Source of the DNA: an uncultured Lachnospiraceae bacterium
GTDB lineage: Bacteria; Bacillota; Clostridia; Christensenellales; UBA1242
Length of the DNA stretch: 64,000 nucleotides
Assembly (NCBI GenBank): GCA_964393975.1
Contig: CAYMVO010000004.1
Span: 4,101-68,100 of the forward strand
Direction of reading: 5' to 3'
Below the pieces are notes generated by a model, which saw only the letters and a list, made by a program, of their open reading frames with translations, searched no databases and was not told where the DNA came from. The translations under genes and the position numbers were made by a program. The first letter of the stretch is position 1; every line of letters starts with the position of its first letter. Below are positions 10,205-22,010 of the stretch, piece after piece.

Positions 10205-11074
10205 TTATCTATTTTTTGCGTGGAAAATCAAACCAATAGTACCAGGTCCTGCGTGTGCACCTATTACTGGACCTATAGGTTGCATCCAAATATCAGCATC
10301 ATCACCTATAGCCTGCTTGATTAAATCACGAGTATACTCAGCATACTCAACGTTATCAGCGTGAATGATGACTATAGGATAATCTTTTACATTATCACCT
10401 AATTGCACCAAATAATCGACCAATGTCCTCACACCTTTTTTGAAACCGCGAGCGGTATTAACCTTTTCAATTTTACCATTTGATTTAATGCTCAAAATAG
10501 GCTTCATAGCCAAACAGTTACCAATGAGCGCGACTGTCGGACTCACCCTACCGCCTTGTTTTAGATATTTCAAATCTTCCACAACAAAATATGTAGCGTA
10601 CTTGTCCCTATTATCCTCTACCCATTTTATAATCTCGTCATCACTTGCGCCGTTTTTCCAAAGCAACGCGGACATATAGACAATGATTCCCGCTCCCATA
10701 CAAATAGATTTCGTATCAACGGTCTTTATAGTCCTATCAGGGTATTTTTCTTTTAGCGACTTAATCGCCTTATTCATTGAGGCAAAAGTACCGCTCATCT
10801 CACTGCTAAAATGCACATATATAATATCATCACCATTCTTTAAATGTGGCTCAAAATAATTAATATAATCGTATTCGTTTAATGCGTGAGTCTTTACACT
10901 TGCCCCATTACGCATACCCTCAAAAAACTTAGCAAAATCTGTACTACGACCAAAATCGTAACCAATCTCATCTCCACCATTTATACTATAAGGCATCTCA
11001 ATAGTTTGTATACCCAACTCATCTATTTTATCATACCATAATTCGCAATCGCTATCGCAAAAGAAAACACTCAT
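10205..11074 (-). CDS. DegV family fatty-acid-binding protein
   Basis: 289 aa; DegV-like N-terminus FFCDSDCEL and C-terminal GPVIGAHAGPGTIGLIF. Confidence 0.8.
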   Translation of the reverse strand: MSVFFCDSDCELWYDKIDELGIQTIEMPYSINGGDEIGYDFGRSTDFAKFFEGMRNGASVKTHALNEYDYINYFEPHLKNGDDIIYVHFSSEMSGTFASMNKAIKSLKEKYPDRTIKTVDTKSICMGAGIIVYMSALLWKNGASDDEIIKWVEDNRDKYATYFVVEDLKYLKQGGRVSPTVALIGNCLAMKPILSIKSNGKIEKVNTARGFKKGVRTLVDYLVQLGDNVKDYPIVIIHADNVEYAEYTRDLIKQAIGDDADIWMQPIGPVIGAHAGPGTIGLIFHAKNR

Positions 11075-11209
11075 TTTTTCCTCCGTAAAAATCTTATAAT
11101 ATTCTCACTCTAAAACTATAAAGCGATGAAAAATTCACATAGTATTTTATAAATACTATTGACAAATTTCTACTTTACTATAGCACATAATTTAATAAAT
11201 GTCAAAGTG

Positions 11210-11725
11210 TTACACAATGTTTTCATAAATATTTTTTGCAAACTTTACTTTTTCATAATAAATTTTTGTTTCTTTGTATGGTTTGTCCTCTAACAATATG
11301 TCTGTTTTTAACCACTCGGTCACACGCCCCTCACCAGCATTGTATGCCATAATCACTTGTTTAAATTCGCCAAACCTATTGTATAAATAACTCAGATACG
11401 CACATCCAAGCATTATATTGACCTTGTAGTCGTATAAATTGATTTCATTATTGTAACATATTTTTGTAGCAATGTACTTAGCAGTCTCGGGCATTAGTTG
11501 CATCACACCTATTGCACCAGCTTTAGAGACGGCGTTTGTATCAAAATCACTTTCACATTTTGCGACCGCCAACGCCACCGCATACGGCACATCATACTCT
11601 TCACAATACATTTTAAACGTATCTTTATATAAAATAGGATATAAAACTCCCCTCAAAAAATACACACTCATAAATATCATAATAGTGAAAACGCACACAA
11701 CAAAAAAAGATTTTGATTTACTCAT
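11210..11725 (-). CDS. lytic transglycosylase (SLT domain), membrane anchored
   Basis: 171 aa; N-terminal TM; catalytic region AKCESDFDTNAVSKAGAIGVMQLMPETA and AYNAG. Confidence 0.85.
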   Translation of the reverse strand: MSKSKSFFVVCVFTIMIFMSVYFLRGVLYPILYKDTFKMYCEEYDVPYAVALAVAKCESDFDTNAVSKAGAIGVMQLMPETAKYIATKICYNNEINLYDYKVNIMLGCAYLSYLYNRFGEFKQVIMAYNAGEGRVTEWLKTDILLEDKPYKETKIYYEKVKFAKNIYENIV

Positions 11726-12019
11726 ACTAATATTTTAATCAAAACCTTTTTCAATTATTCTTTATGGCTCAATATTAGCGATGTTTTTAGCGCAAGTCTT
11801 TTTGTAGTAGACATACATAACGCTAGCAAAAGTCACCGCCAAAACACCGATAAACACTGTAACGCTTATGTATGTTTGACTTACTGAAAACTTGAACACC
11901 ATAATGTTTAATAGATAACACCCACTGCAAGTCAAATCTTTCACTAACGTAGTTGTATCATATTGAAAATTAAATTGCAAGCGCTTGCAAAATTTATTTT
12001 TTAGTAGTATTATATATTT

Positions 12020-12361
12020 ATGGAAATAATTAATTTAAAAGAGACATTACCAAAATTAGATGTCGCAATAGCACAAGTAGAGATTGAAATAGACCGATAT
12101 AAAAAAATACCTAGCACCGTACTAAAAGTTATTCACGGTCACGGTTCGCACGGCGTAGGCGGAGTCATTAGAATAGACTTACGCAAAAGATTGTACGAAC
12201 TAAAAAGAATGCACAAAATAGTAGATTACATAGAGGGCGAATTACTAACACCAACACGGCTAAATGAAAAAGGCTATCCTACAAAGATTTACAACCAAAT
12301 TTATTTAGATGAAGATATGCTAAGGTTAAACCCCGGAGTGACCTTTATCATAGTAAACTAA
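12020..12361 (+). CDS. Smr domain protein
   Basis: 113 aa; Smr-like LKVIHGHGSHGVGG. Confidence 0.6.
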   Translation: MEIINLKETLPKLDVAIAQVEIEIDRYKKIPSTVLKVIHGHGSHGVGGVIRIDLRKRLYELKRMHKIVDYIEGELLTPTRLNEKGYPTKIYNQIYLDEDMLRLNPGVTFIIVN

Positions 12362-12434
12362 ATCATAAAGTTTGTAAAATAAGTTTATTGGTTACAATAA
12401 ATTATGGTGTAAATAAAAAACTACAAAAATAAAA

Positions 12435-12463
12435 TTGACAATTAAATACAAATTTGATAAACT
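12435..12463 (+). promoter_or_regulatory. sigma-A-type promoter for ndk
   Basis: TTGACA (12435-12440), 17 nt spacer, TAAACT (12458-12463). Confidence 0.5.
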
Positions 12464-12499
12464 AATACTATCAAATAATTTTTTGGAGGCTTTTTTGTT

Positions 12500-12907
12500 A
12501 TGGAAAGAACATATATTATGCTTAAACCAGACAGCATAAAAAGAAAATTGGCTGGTAAAATTATCTCTCGTATAGAGGAAAAAGGTTACAATATCACTAA
12601 TATGAAAATGATGATGCTAGATGAAAAGGTTTTGAAAGAGCATTATTCTCACATTGCCGACCAACCTTTCTTCCCTGAGATTGTCAAGTTTATGACTAGT
12701 GGTCCTGTAATTGGTATGATTGTAGAAGGACCTAGCGTAGTACAAGGTATGAGAAATATTATCGGTGCTACGAGATGTTTGGATGCGGATCCCGGCTCTA
12801 TCCGTGGTGACTTTGCATTCACCAATGGTGAAAATTTGATTCACGGCTCAGATACGATTGAGAACGCTGAGGCAGAGATAAGAAGATTTTTCGGTAAAAA
12901 CGCATAA
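12500..12907 (+). CDS. ndk: nucleoside diphosphate kinase
   Basis: 135 aa; ERTYIMLKPD, GATRCLDADPGSIRGDF, NLIHGSD (active-site His). Confidence 0.95.
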   Translation: MERTYIMLKPDSIKRKLAGKIISRIEEKGYNITNMKMMMLDEKVLKEHYSHIADQPFFPEIVKFMTSGPVIGMIVEGPSVVQGMRNIIGATRCLDADPGSIRGDFAFTNGENLIHGSDTIENAEAEIRRFFGKNA

Positions 12908-13022
12908 ATCGTCAAATTTAAAATTGATTTATTTAAATAAATTGTACAAGATTTACGACTATTAAATATATTGCCAATAATTATCCCGCACTATAAAAAA
13001 GTGAGACGATATGTAGATGTAA

Positions 13023-13052
13023 AATGTGCCACATTGTTGACACATTTTTTTT
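13023..13052 (+). terminator. intrinsic terminator after ndk
   Basis: AATGTG...CACATT stem followed by T8. Confidence 0.6.
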
Positions 13053-13057
13053 ACACT

Positions 13058-13089
13058 AAAAAAAACTAGAAAGCTTTTTCGCTCTCTAG
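13058..13089 (-). terminator. intrinsic terminator after rpsR
   Basis: Minus strand CTAGAGAGC-gaaaaa-GCTTTCTAG (one G-U pair) followed by T8. Confidence 0.7.
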
Positions 13090-13105
13090 TCTCTTATCTA
13101 TTAAA

Positions 13106-13435
13106 CTAATCAGCTCTAAAAGGCAACAAAGCAGCGCATCTAGCTCTCTTGATTGCTTTAGCCAATTCTCTTTGGTGTTTAGCACAAACATTTGTTTGTC
13201 TAGCTGGCAAGATTTTACCCTTTTCAGTGATAAATCTCTTAAGTTTGTTTACATCTTTATAATCAATAGATGTCGCTTTTTCCATACAGAAAGCACAAAC
13301 TTTTTTCTTGGTAACACGCTTTACATAGTGTCTACCATCTTGTCTCTCGCCATCTTGATCAATCATTTCGTTAGCTTCAAATTCCGCATCATTAGCGACA
13401 ACTTGCTCAACATCCACAATCTCTCTCTCTTCCAT
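13106..13435 (-). CDS. rpsR: 30S ribosomal protein S18 with acidic N-terminal extension
   Basis: 109 aa; KKVCAFC...[48 protein letters not shown]; about 35 acidic residues precede the conserved core. Confidence 0.95.
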   Translation of the reverse strand: MEEREIVDVEQVVANDAEFEANEMIDQDGERQDGRHYVKRVTKKKVCAFCMEKATSIDYKDVNKLKRFITEKGKILPARQTNVCAKHQRELAKAIKRARCAALLPFRAD

Positions 13436-13460
13436 TGAACTCTCTCCTCATATTATTTTT

Positions 13461-13847
13461 TTAAAAAGGCAAACCATCATCTTCTATAGGTTGCAAATTA
13501 CCAACTACTTCGTTCCTTTCTTCACCAGAGTTTTTGCTTGACAAAAATTCCACTTCCTCAGCGGTTATGTCAGTAACTGTACGCTTTGTACCATCTTGCG
13601 CATCGTAAGTACGATTATTGATACTACCAACAATAGCGACCTTGGAACCCTTATGCAAATATTTACCACAATGGTCAGCTAACGCTCTCCACGCTACAAC
13701 GTTAAAGAAATCGGTCTCTCTCTCACCTTCGGCGTTAGCAAATCTTCTAGTCACAGCAATAGAAAATTTGCATAGTGAAACACCACTATTAGTAATTGAA
13801 ACTTCTGGATCTCTAGTTAGATTTCCAATCAAAAAACATTTATTCAT
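13461..13847 (-). CDS. ssb: single-stranded DNA-binding protein
   Basis: 128 aa; FLIGNLTRDPE OB-fold start and C-terminal DDGLPF tip. Confidence 0.95.
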   Translation of the reverse strand: MNKCFLIGNLTRDPEVSITNSGVSLCKFSIAVTRRFANAEGERETDFFNVVAWRALADHCGKYLHKGSKVAIVGSINNRTYDAQDGTKRTVTDITAEEVEFLSSKNSGEERNEVVGNLQPIEDDGLPF

Positions 13848-13865
13848 AATTAATTCTTCCTTTAA

Positions 13866-14147
13866 TTATTTTGCCGTTATAACGCAACGGAAAACGTTCT
13901 CTAGCAGGTTTGCTTGGTTAGTAATCTCTTTGACAACGCTAGTAGGCGCCGTGAAAGTAACCAAAGCAAAGTAGCCATCGTGCTTGAACTTAATAGTATA
14001 AGCGAGCTTCTTAACGCCCCACTTATCTACGCCGTCAATAGTACCTTGTGCCGACTCAACAGGAGCAAAAATCTTCTTTATAATAGCTTCTTTTTGCTCA
14101 TCAGCCAAATCTGGATTGAGGATAACCAATGCTTCGTATTTTTTCAT
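13866..14147 (-). CDS. rpsF: 30S ribosomal protein S6
   Basis: Start set at MKKYEALVILNP (ATG 14147, AGGAGG upstream); rpsF-ssb-rpsR order. Confidence 0.9.
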   Translation of the reverse strand: MKKYEALVILNPDLADEQKEAIIKKIFAPVESAQGTIDGVDKWGVKKLAYTIKFKHDGYFALVTFTAPTSVVKEITNQANLLENVFRCVITAK

Positions 14148-14224
14148 ACTTTTACCTCCTTTTGGACTTAGGCATTTTATCAAAAAATGCAAGGATATTT
14201 TAAACTCAATTAAAATATGTCATT

Positions 14225-14253
14225 ATTATACACTAAGAAAAGCAAAAAATCAA
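14225..14253 (-). promoter_or_regulatory. sigma-A-type promoter for rpsF-ssb-rpsR
   Basis: Minus strand TTGATT-17 nt-TATAAT. The ~70-nt 5' UTR contains hairpin GCATTTT-ttga-TAAAATGC (possible S6 operon leader, unverified). Confidence 0.55.
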
Positions 14254-14315
14254 GTGTTTTGCTAAAAATTTAGTTAAATATATCACTTGATTTAATCAAT
14301 ATTGGATACACTGAC

Positions 14316-14355
14316 CTAAAAAAGCATTTACCACATAATAGCAAATGCTTTTTGT
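14316..14355 (-). terminator. intrinsic (bidirectional-looking) terminator after gyrA
   Basis: AAAGCATTT-13 nt-AAATGCTTT with T/A runs on both sides. Confidence 0.7.
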
Positions 14356-14404
14356 CTCAAACGCTATCGCATATTGAGATGTATTTTATTCATTTTTATA
14401 ATTT

Positions 14405-16951
14405 TTACTCTTGCTCGCTTTTAATATCATCTGAAATATTTTCAGCGACCACGACACCATTGATTTCATCGTTTGCATTTTCGCTTGTCTCTTCAAGCTC
14501 TTCGTGTTCTACCACTGCCACTGACACAATTTTAGCACCATTAGCGAGTTTCATTATCCTAACGCCCTTAGTGACTCTACCAATCTTTCTAATATCAGTA
14601 ATAGGTGTCCTTATAATAGTACCATTATCAGTAATCATAATGACGTCTTGAGTCTCATCCACTGTCATAAATGCCACTAGTCCACCGGTGAGTTCGTTAA
14701 ACACCCCCGCCTTAGTACCTTTACCGCCACGACCTTGCTCTCTGTACTCAGCGATATCCGTTCTCTTGCCGTAGCCGTTTTCCGTGATAGTCAAAATCTC
14801 GGTACCCTCACTCACAATAGTCATACCAACAACGGTCTCGCCGTTAGATAGATTTATACTCTTGACACCTTGCGCACTACGAGAGGTGTTTCTTATTATG
14901 CCCTCATTAAAGTTTATACACTTACCGCTAGAAGATCCCAATAAAATGTTATTTTCACCGTTAGTCAAATGTACACCAATGAGTTCATCACCCTCACGTA
15001 AAGTGATAGCAATTTTACCGTTCTTTCTAATTTTATCAAATTCTTTAGACTCAGTCTTTTTGATAAGTCCGAGTTTTGTAGCCATAATAAAGTTGCCCGC
15101 ATCACCCTCTTTTCTTCTAACCACAGCAGACACTCGCTCGGTCGCATCCAAAGGTAATAGGTTTATAATAGCCCTACCCTTAGCGGTCCTTTGCGCCTCA
15201 GGTATCTCGTATGCCTTGATTACATACACTTTGCCTTTATTAGTAAAGAATAACAAATCATCGTGTGTATTAGTGGTGAATAGTCTCTCCACAAAATCTT
15301 CATCTTTAGTCTTATGCGCGGTCACACCGACACCACCTCTATGTTGCGCACGATATTCACTGACAGGCAAACGTTTTACATAACCTAAATGTGTCATACT
15401 AATAACAACGTCCTCTCTAGGTATCAAATCAGCAATATCAATATCATCATAATTGATACATATCTCACTTAGTCTAGGAGTGTTGTATTTATCTTTTATC
15501 TCTAAAATTTCTTTCTTAATGATTTCTAGTATTCTAGTTGGAGTGTTCAAAATATCGGTCAATTCAACAATCAATTTTTCTAGTTCGACTAGTTCCTCTT
15601 GTAGTTTGTGTACCTCAAGACCTGTCAATCTTTGAAGTTTCATATCAAGAATAGCGATTGATTGTTTTTCACTGAGCTCAAATCTCTCGCAAAGTTTTAC
15701 AATAGCCTCATTTTTCTCGCTACTAGCCTTTATAATAGCAATAACTTCATCAATATTCGCTAGTGCTATCACTAGACCTTTTATGATGTGCTCTCTCTCT
15801 TTTGCTTTTTCCAAATCAAACTTTGTTCTACGATATATAACTTCTTTTTGATGCTCTAGATAATAGTAAATAATCTCTCTAAGATTTAAAATCCTAGGTT
15901 GTCCATTGACCAATGCCAAGAAAATGATACCGCTCTTGATTTGTAGTTGGGTGTGTTTAAACAACTGATTAAGCACGACATTAGGTTGATAATCTTTCTT
16001 GATATCAATAACGACTCGCATACCGTGTCTATCAGATTCTTCTCTTAGGTCACTAATACCCTCTATTCTCTTATCTTTTACAAGATTAGCGATTTGCTCT
16101 ACTAGTTTTGCCTTGTTTACTTGATAAGGTATTTCGGTGACAATGATTCTACTCTTGCCGTTTTCTAGTTCCTCTATCTCGGTCCTCGCTCTCAAAACGA
16201 CACCGCCACGACCAGTCTTGTACGCTTGTATGATAGGTGTTCTGCCCATAATAAGCGCACCCGTAGGATAATCTGGTGCAGGAATGATATCAATCAGTTC
16301 GTCAACAGTGATATCAGGGTTGTCAATCATTGCTACAACGCCATCAATCACCTCTCCCAAGTTGTGCGGAGGAATATTTGTCGCCATACCCACAGCAATA
16401 CCGTCACTACCATTGACAAGCAGGTTAGGAAATCTACTAGGTAATACGGTTGGTTGCATCAAAGTATCATCAAAGTTAGGATAAAAATCTACCGTTTCTT
16501 TGTCAATATCCCTTAGCAATTCATCGGTGATTTTGCTAAGTCTCGCCTCAGTATAACGATAAGCAGCTGCGCCGTCACCGTCTACAGAACCAAAATTCCC
16601 GTGTCCATCAACGAGTGGACAACGAATACTAAAGTCTTGCGCAAGTCTTACTAGTGCATCGTACACGGAACTATCGCCGTGAGGGTGATATTTACCCAAA
16701 ACATCACCGACAATTTTAGCACATTTTCTAAAAGGTTTGTCACTAGTGAGTCCCATTTCACCCATACCATAAAGTATACGTCTATGTACAGGCTTTAGAC
16801 CGTCTCGCACATCAGGAATAGCACGACTGACATTTACCGCCATAGCATAGGCAATAAACGAATTTTTCAATTCATTAGCAACATCTATCTCAATATATTT
16901 AGTTTTATCAACTATTTTTTCTAGTTCGGTTGAATAATCTTTTTTCTTCAT
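14405..16951 (-). CDS. gyrA: DNA gyrase subunit A
   Basis: 848 aa; HRRILYGM, HPHGDSSVYDALVRLAQ, AAAYRYTEARL (catalytic Tyr), C-terminal beta-pinwheel repeats and acidic tail. Confidence 0.97.
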   Translation of the reverse strand: MKKKDYSTELEKIVDKTKYIEIDVANELKNSFIAYAMAVNVSRAIPDVRDGLKPVHRRILYGMGEMGLTSDKPFRKCAKIVGDVLGKYHPHGDSSVYDALVRLAQDFSIRCPLVDGHGNFGSVDGDGAAAYRYTEARLSKITDELLRDIDKETVDFYPNFDDTLMQPTVLPSRFPNLLVNGSDGIAVGMATNIPPHNLGEVIDGVVAMIDNPDITVDELIDIIPAPDYPTGALIMGRTPIIQAYKTGRGGVVLRARTEIEELENGKSRIIVTEIPYQVNKAKLVEQIANLVKDKRIEGISDLREESDRHGMRVVIDIKKDYQPNVVLNQLFKHTQLQIKSGIIFLALVNGQPRILNLREIIYYYLEHQKEVIYRRTKFDLEKAKEREHIIKGLVIALANIDEVIAIIKASSEKNEAIVKLCERFELSEKQSIAILDMKLQRLTGLEVHKLQEELVELEKLIVELTDILNTPTRILEIIKKEILEIKDKYNTPRLSEICINYDDIDIADLIPREDVVISMTHLGYVKRLPVSEYRAQHRGGVGVTAHKTKDEDFVERLFTTNTHDDLLFFTNKGKVYVIKAYEIPEAQRTAKGRAIINLLPLDATERVSAVVRRKEGDAGNFIMATKLGLIKKTESKEFDKIRKNGKIAITLREGDELIGVHLTNGENNILLGSSSGKCINFNEGIIRNTSRSAQGVKSINLSNGETVVGMTIVSEGTEILTITENGYGKRTDIAEYREQGRGGKGTKAGVFNELTGGLVAFMTVDETQDVIMITDNGTIIRTPITDIRKIGRVTKGVRIMKLANGAKIVSVAVVEHEELEETSENANDEINGVVVAENISDDIKSEQE

Positions 16952-16963
16952 ATCGTAACCCTT

Positions 16964-18895
<1,932 letters not shown>

Positions 18896-19162
18896 TTAAA
18901 TAAGATATAATCTTATTTAGCTAAGTAAATTATAGCACATTTTGCGTGAAAATGAAAGTGTTTTAAGGTTTTTTATATCAAAAAAATTTATCAATTTTCA
19001 CATTTCATAAATATTTGTATTCTAAAACACAAAAATATAGCCCTATTTTCAATATTTTTTTGTTTTACGACTCCCTATACAGCGGAAAATTATTTAAAAA
19101 GCAAAATTTTATGTCAAAATTCAAGCATTTCTCACTCATAAAAACGCTTTTTTATGTTTTAC

Positions 19163-19199
19163 TTAAAAATTAAAACCGCATAAAAAATCTTTATGCGGT
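19163..19199 (-). terminator. intrinsic terminator after HipT-like kinase paralogue 3
   Basis: Perfect ACCGCATAAA-5 nt-TTTATGCGGT hairpin followed on the minus strand by TTTTAATTTTT. Confidence 0.8.
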
Positions 19200-19212
19200 C
19201 ATAATGGATATC

Positions 19213-20142
19213 TTACAATGATTTTTCAAAATTGTCTATAATGACTTTAGGTCGTATTATGTTTTTCTTATAACAATTCACTAAATCTTTTCTATATTCA
19301 AAAATCTTTTGGCAGTTTTGCAAATATACCTCATCAAACTCTTTTGCCGAGCGATTGTATAAAGTCGTCAAAATCTCGCCAATTTTCAAATCGTTAATGT
19401 CTGATACAAACTTTTTAATTTCTTTATTATTTTTCATTTCCACCACTATTTGCTTAGCCAAATTGTCCACTTCATCATAGTCATACATTTCGTTAGTAAT
19501 AGATAATAATTGATAATCGCCCTTTTCGTATTGATTTAGACTGACAGTAATATATCCGCCTACTTGATGACTGCTCAAGTTAAAACAAGCGCCATTATCA
19601 AACATAGGAGCCATCTTCAGTCCCTTATCACTTATCAAAAACTCAATATTTCCACGGTGCCTATCTGTTTGTGAAAAATAATAATCTAATATAGCCATTT
19701 TGACCAAATCAGACCGTAGTCTTTGACTATCCACAGACAATCCATGTAGACTAGCAAACCGACCTACCGCATTAACGACGTCATCTACACTGGTTTTCAT
19801 ACACATTGAGCACTCATTATTAACGCTACGAATTATTCTACCTAGATTTATTGCTTCTTTTGTATCTTCCTCCCAAAAATGCTCTATCAAAACCCCGTGA
19901 CTCGACTTATTATTTATATCCAAGCACGCAAAGAACGCATTTACACAATTACAACCAAGTATTTTACAAACATAACTATAAAGGACCTCACCAAAACTAG
20001 TAGGCGTCTCATCATTACGAGCAAACCCCATATTCGCTTTGTAAATAAATTTTTTTCCAGTCGGTGTGGTTATTAGCTTTTTTGCCATAATACCTGCTGT
20101 CATTTCCGAGATTTTAAACTCATATTCGTTTAAATTAATCAT
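19213..20142 (-). CDS. HipA-core (HipT-like) Ser/Thr kinase paralogue 3, no N-subdomain
   Basis: 309 aa; GKKFIYKAN, PTSFGEV, DYYFSQTDRHRGNIEF (D-x-H-x-x-N catalytic loop), MAPMFDNG; GAGGTG RBS. Confidence 0.65.
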   Translation of the reverse strand: MINLNEYEFKISEMTAGIMAKKLITTPTGKKFIYKANMGFARNDETPTSFGEVLYSYVCKILGCNCVNAFFACLDINNKSSHGVLIEHFWEEDTKEAINLGRIIRSVNNECSMCMKTSVDDVVNAVGRFASLHGLSVDSQRLRSDLVKMAILDYYFSQTDRHRGNIEFLISDKGLKMAPMFDNGACFNLSSHQVGGYITVSLNQYEKGDYQLLSITNEMYDYDEVDNLAKQIVVEMKNNKEIKKFVSDINDLKIGEILTTLYNRSAKEFDEVYLQNCQKIFEYRKDLVNCYKKNIIRPKVIIDNFEKSL

Positions 20143-20371
20143 TTAATCACCTCTTAAAAAAATAATTAATTAGACATACTCATATAAAAACCTTTTAGCA
20201 TTTTTGCTATTCGTTAAATAGGTAGTTATTCGTTTAATCTAATAGTATTATATCATACTATTATTTTTTTAAAAAGGGGGTATTCAAAATTTATTATACA
20301 ATTTTTATATGTCTAATTTTTTTATTATAAGCATATATTGAATTAAGATTTAGACCACCTAAGGAGTAACA

Positions 20372-21052
20372 ATGAAAGATAATAAAAAAGTTGTTTTAGC
20401 TATCATTTTTATAACAATTTTCTCTATTATAGGTTGTTTTGTTTTGAACGCTTTAGGTCTAGACGATATAAGCAAAATCAAAAATATTATAAGTGATAGC
20501 GCTTTAGGATATGTGATATACACACTCCTTCTCACCTTGCAAATAATCTTTATCCCTATAAACTCTATGGTGCTTATAGTCCCTGCTATGCTAATTTTTG
20601 GCGCTGTTAAGGCATTTATCCTTAGTCTAATTGGATTGGTCATAGGCTCTATAATAACCTTTTATTTAGGTAGGATTTTTGGTAATCAATTAGTGTCGTG
20701 GATGGTTGGATACGAAAAAAGCGAAGAATTAAAGAAAAAGTTAGGAGCAGGTGGCAAACTAATGCTCCCGATACTCTTTCTTATTCCTATATTTCCCGAT
20801 GAACTTATTTGTCTAGTCGCTGGAATAAGCAATATAAAAATCGGTTACTTCACACTAGTCACAATAACGACTAGAGCAATTGATTTAGCGTTTACTTGTT
20901 TTATTGGTGCTATTATACCTTTTCACGGTTGGTGGTTACTACTTTGGGGGATACTATTAATATTATCATTCATAGCATCATATCTATTAGCAAAATATCA
21001 AATATTATTAAAACAGTGGGTAGAAAATCTTTACACAAAGAAAAAGAGGTAA
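20372..21052 (+). CDS. TVP38/TMEM64 (DedA-related) family membrane protein
   Basis: 226 aa; multiple TM segments; PDELICLVAGIS motif; AAGGAG RBS. Confidence 0.7.
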   Translation: MKDNKKVVLAIIFITIFSIIGCFVLNALGLDDISKIKNIISDSALGYVIYTLLLTLQIIFIPINSMVLIVPAMLIFGAVKAFILSLIGLVIGSIITFYLGRIFGNQLVSWMVGYEKSEELKKKLGAGGKLMLPILFLIPIFPDELICLVAGISNIKIGYFTLVTITTRAIDLAFTCFIGAIIPFHGWWLLLWGILLILSFIASYLLAKYQILLKQWVENLYTKKKR

Positions 21053-21059
21053 TTACAAA

Positions 21060-22010
21060 CTACCTCGTAAACGCCATATCTTCATCAACATCAAAATTTT
21101 TAGAATCTTCAGTGTATTTCTCTTTGTAATAATTTTTTAATAAATTTTTTCTATAATTAAATACATCAGCGCAATTTGTCACATATTTATAATTAAAATC
21201 TTTTTCAGACTCATCATAAATTTTTTTCAATAGACTATCAATATCTAGTCTATAAATATCCTCAACAAAGTGTCTCATCTCTTTATCATTTTTTACCACC
21301 TTGCTAATCTGGTCCACCAAATCAATAATGCAACACTCACCCGTCCCCGTCAAACTTTGCCTATTAATTCTCAAATACTGAGCACTACCAATATTGCGTA
21401 AACCTTTTGGCATATCTATTTCATTTCCGCTCATTGAACGCCACAAATTAAAACAATAACCATTATCAAATATAGGTGCGAGCTTCATTTCCTTTTCACT
21501 CACCAAAAACTCTATATTGTCAAAATGTCTATCCGCTTGCGCAAAAAAATAATCTAAAATAGTAAGTTTTATCAAGGATGCGCGACTCTCTTCCTCGTTA
21601 TATTTCAATCCATTATTTTTAGCAAATGACTTTGTCAAAGTGAGTATTTTATCTACGACCATCTCATCACCGTCCATCTCACCAAACAAATTACATCTTA
21701 GAGCAATCTCACCATAACTAAGCGACTCCAATGTATCCTCTTCCCAAAAATAATCTATGAGGGTACCGCTCCTGAGTCTTTCGCCAAGCTCCATTTTTGC
21801 AAACTCCACATTGACACAATTACACCCTAGAGTTTTACAAACTTCGCTATAAAACACTTCGCCAAAACTAGTCGGCAAATCACCTTTATCTCGATATCCA
21901 AAATTTGCCTTAAAGACATATTTCCCATTATCAGTTATAACAATGCTTTTAGGTGTAGAACCTTCCAAAAGTTGCATCGTTTTATATTGTATCCTTCTCA
22001 AATCGACCAT
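21060..22010 (-). CDS. HipA-core (HipT-like) Ser/Thr kinase paralogue 2, no N-subdomain
   Basis: Start set at MVDLRRIQ (ATG 22010, GGAGTG RBS). GKYVFKAN, PTSFGEV, DYFFAQADRHFDNIEF, LAPIFDNG. Confidence 0.65.
   Translation of the reverse strand: MVDLRRIQYKTMQLLEGSTPKSIVITDNGKYVFKANFGYRDKGDLPTSFGEVFYSEVCKTLGCNCVNVEFAKMELGERLRSGTLIDYFWEEDTLESLSYGEIALRCNLFGEMDGDEMVVDKILTLTKSFAKNNGLKYNEEESRASLIKLTILDYFFAQADRHFDNIEFLVSEKEMKLAPIFDNGYCFNLWRSMSGNEIDMPKGLRNIGSAQYLRINRQSLTGTGECCIIDLVDQISKVVKNDKEMRHFVEDIYRLDIDSLLKKIYDESEKDFNYKYVTNCADVFNYRKNLLKNYYKEKYTEDSKNFDVDEDMAFTR

Noticed and set aside
11762-11980. 72-aa ORF that could encode a small membrane protein (VFIGVLAVTFASVMYVYY)
   Set aside because: No convincing RBS or promoter, and an ambiguous start. 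It is plausible but unsupported, so it was left out of the feature list.
14784-15383. 199-aa plus-strand ORF, and other plus-strand ORFs between 14352 and 18851
   Set aside because: These are antisense to gyrA and gyrB, whose identity is unambiguous. They have no start context and a low-complexity composition.
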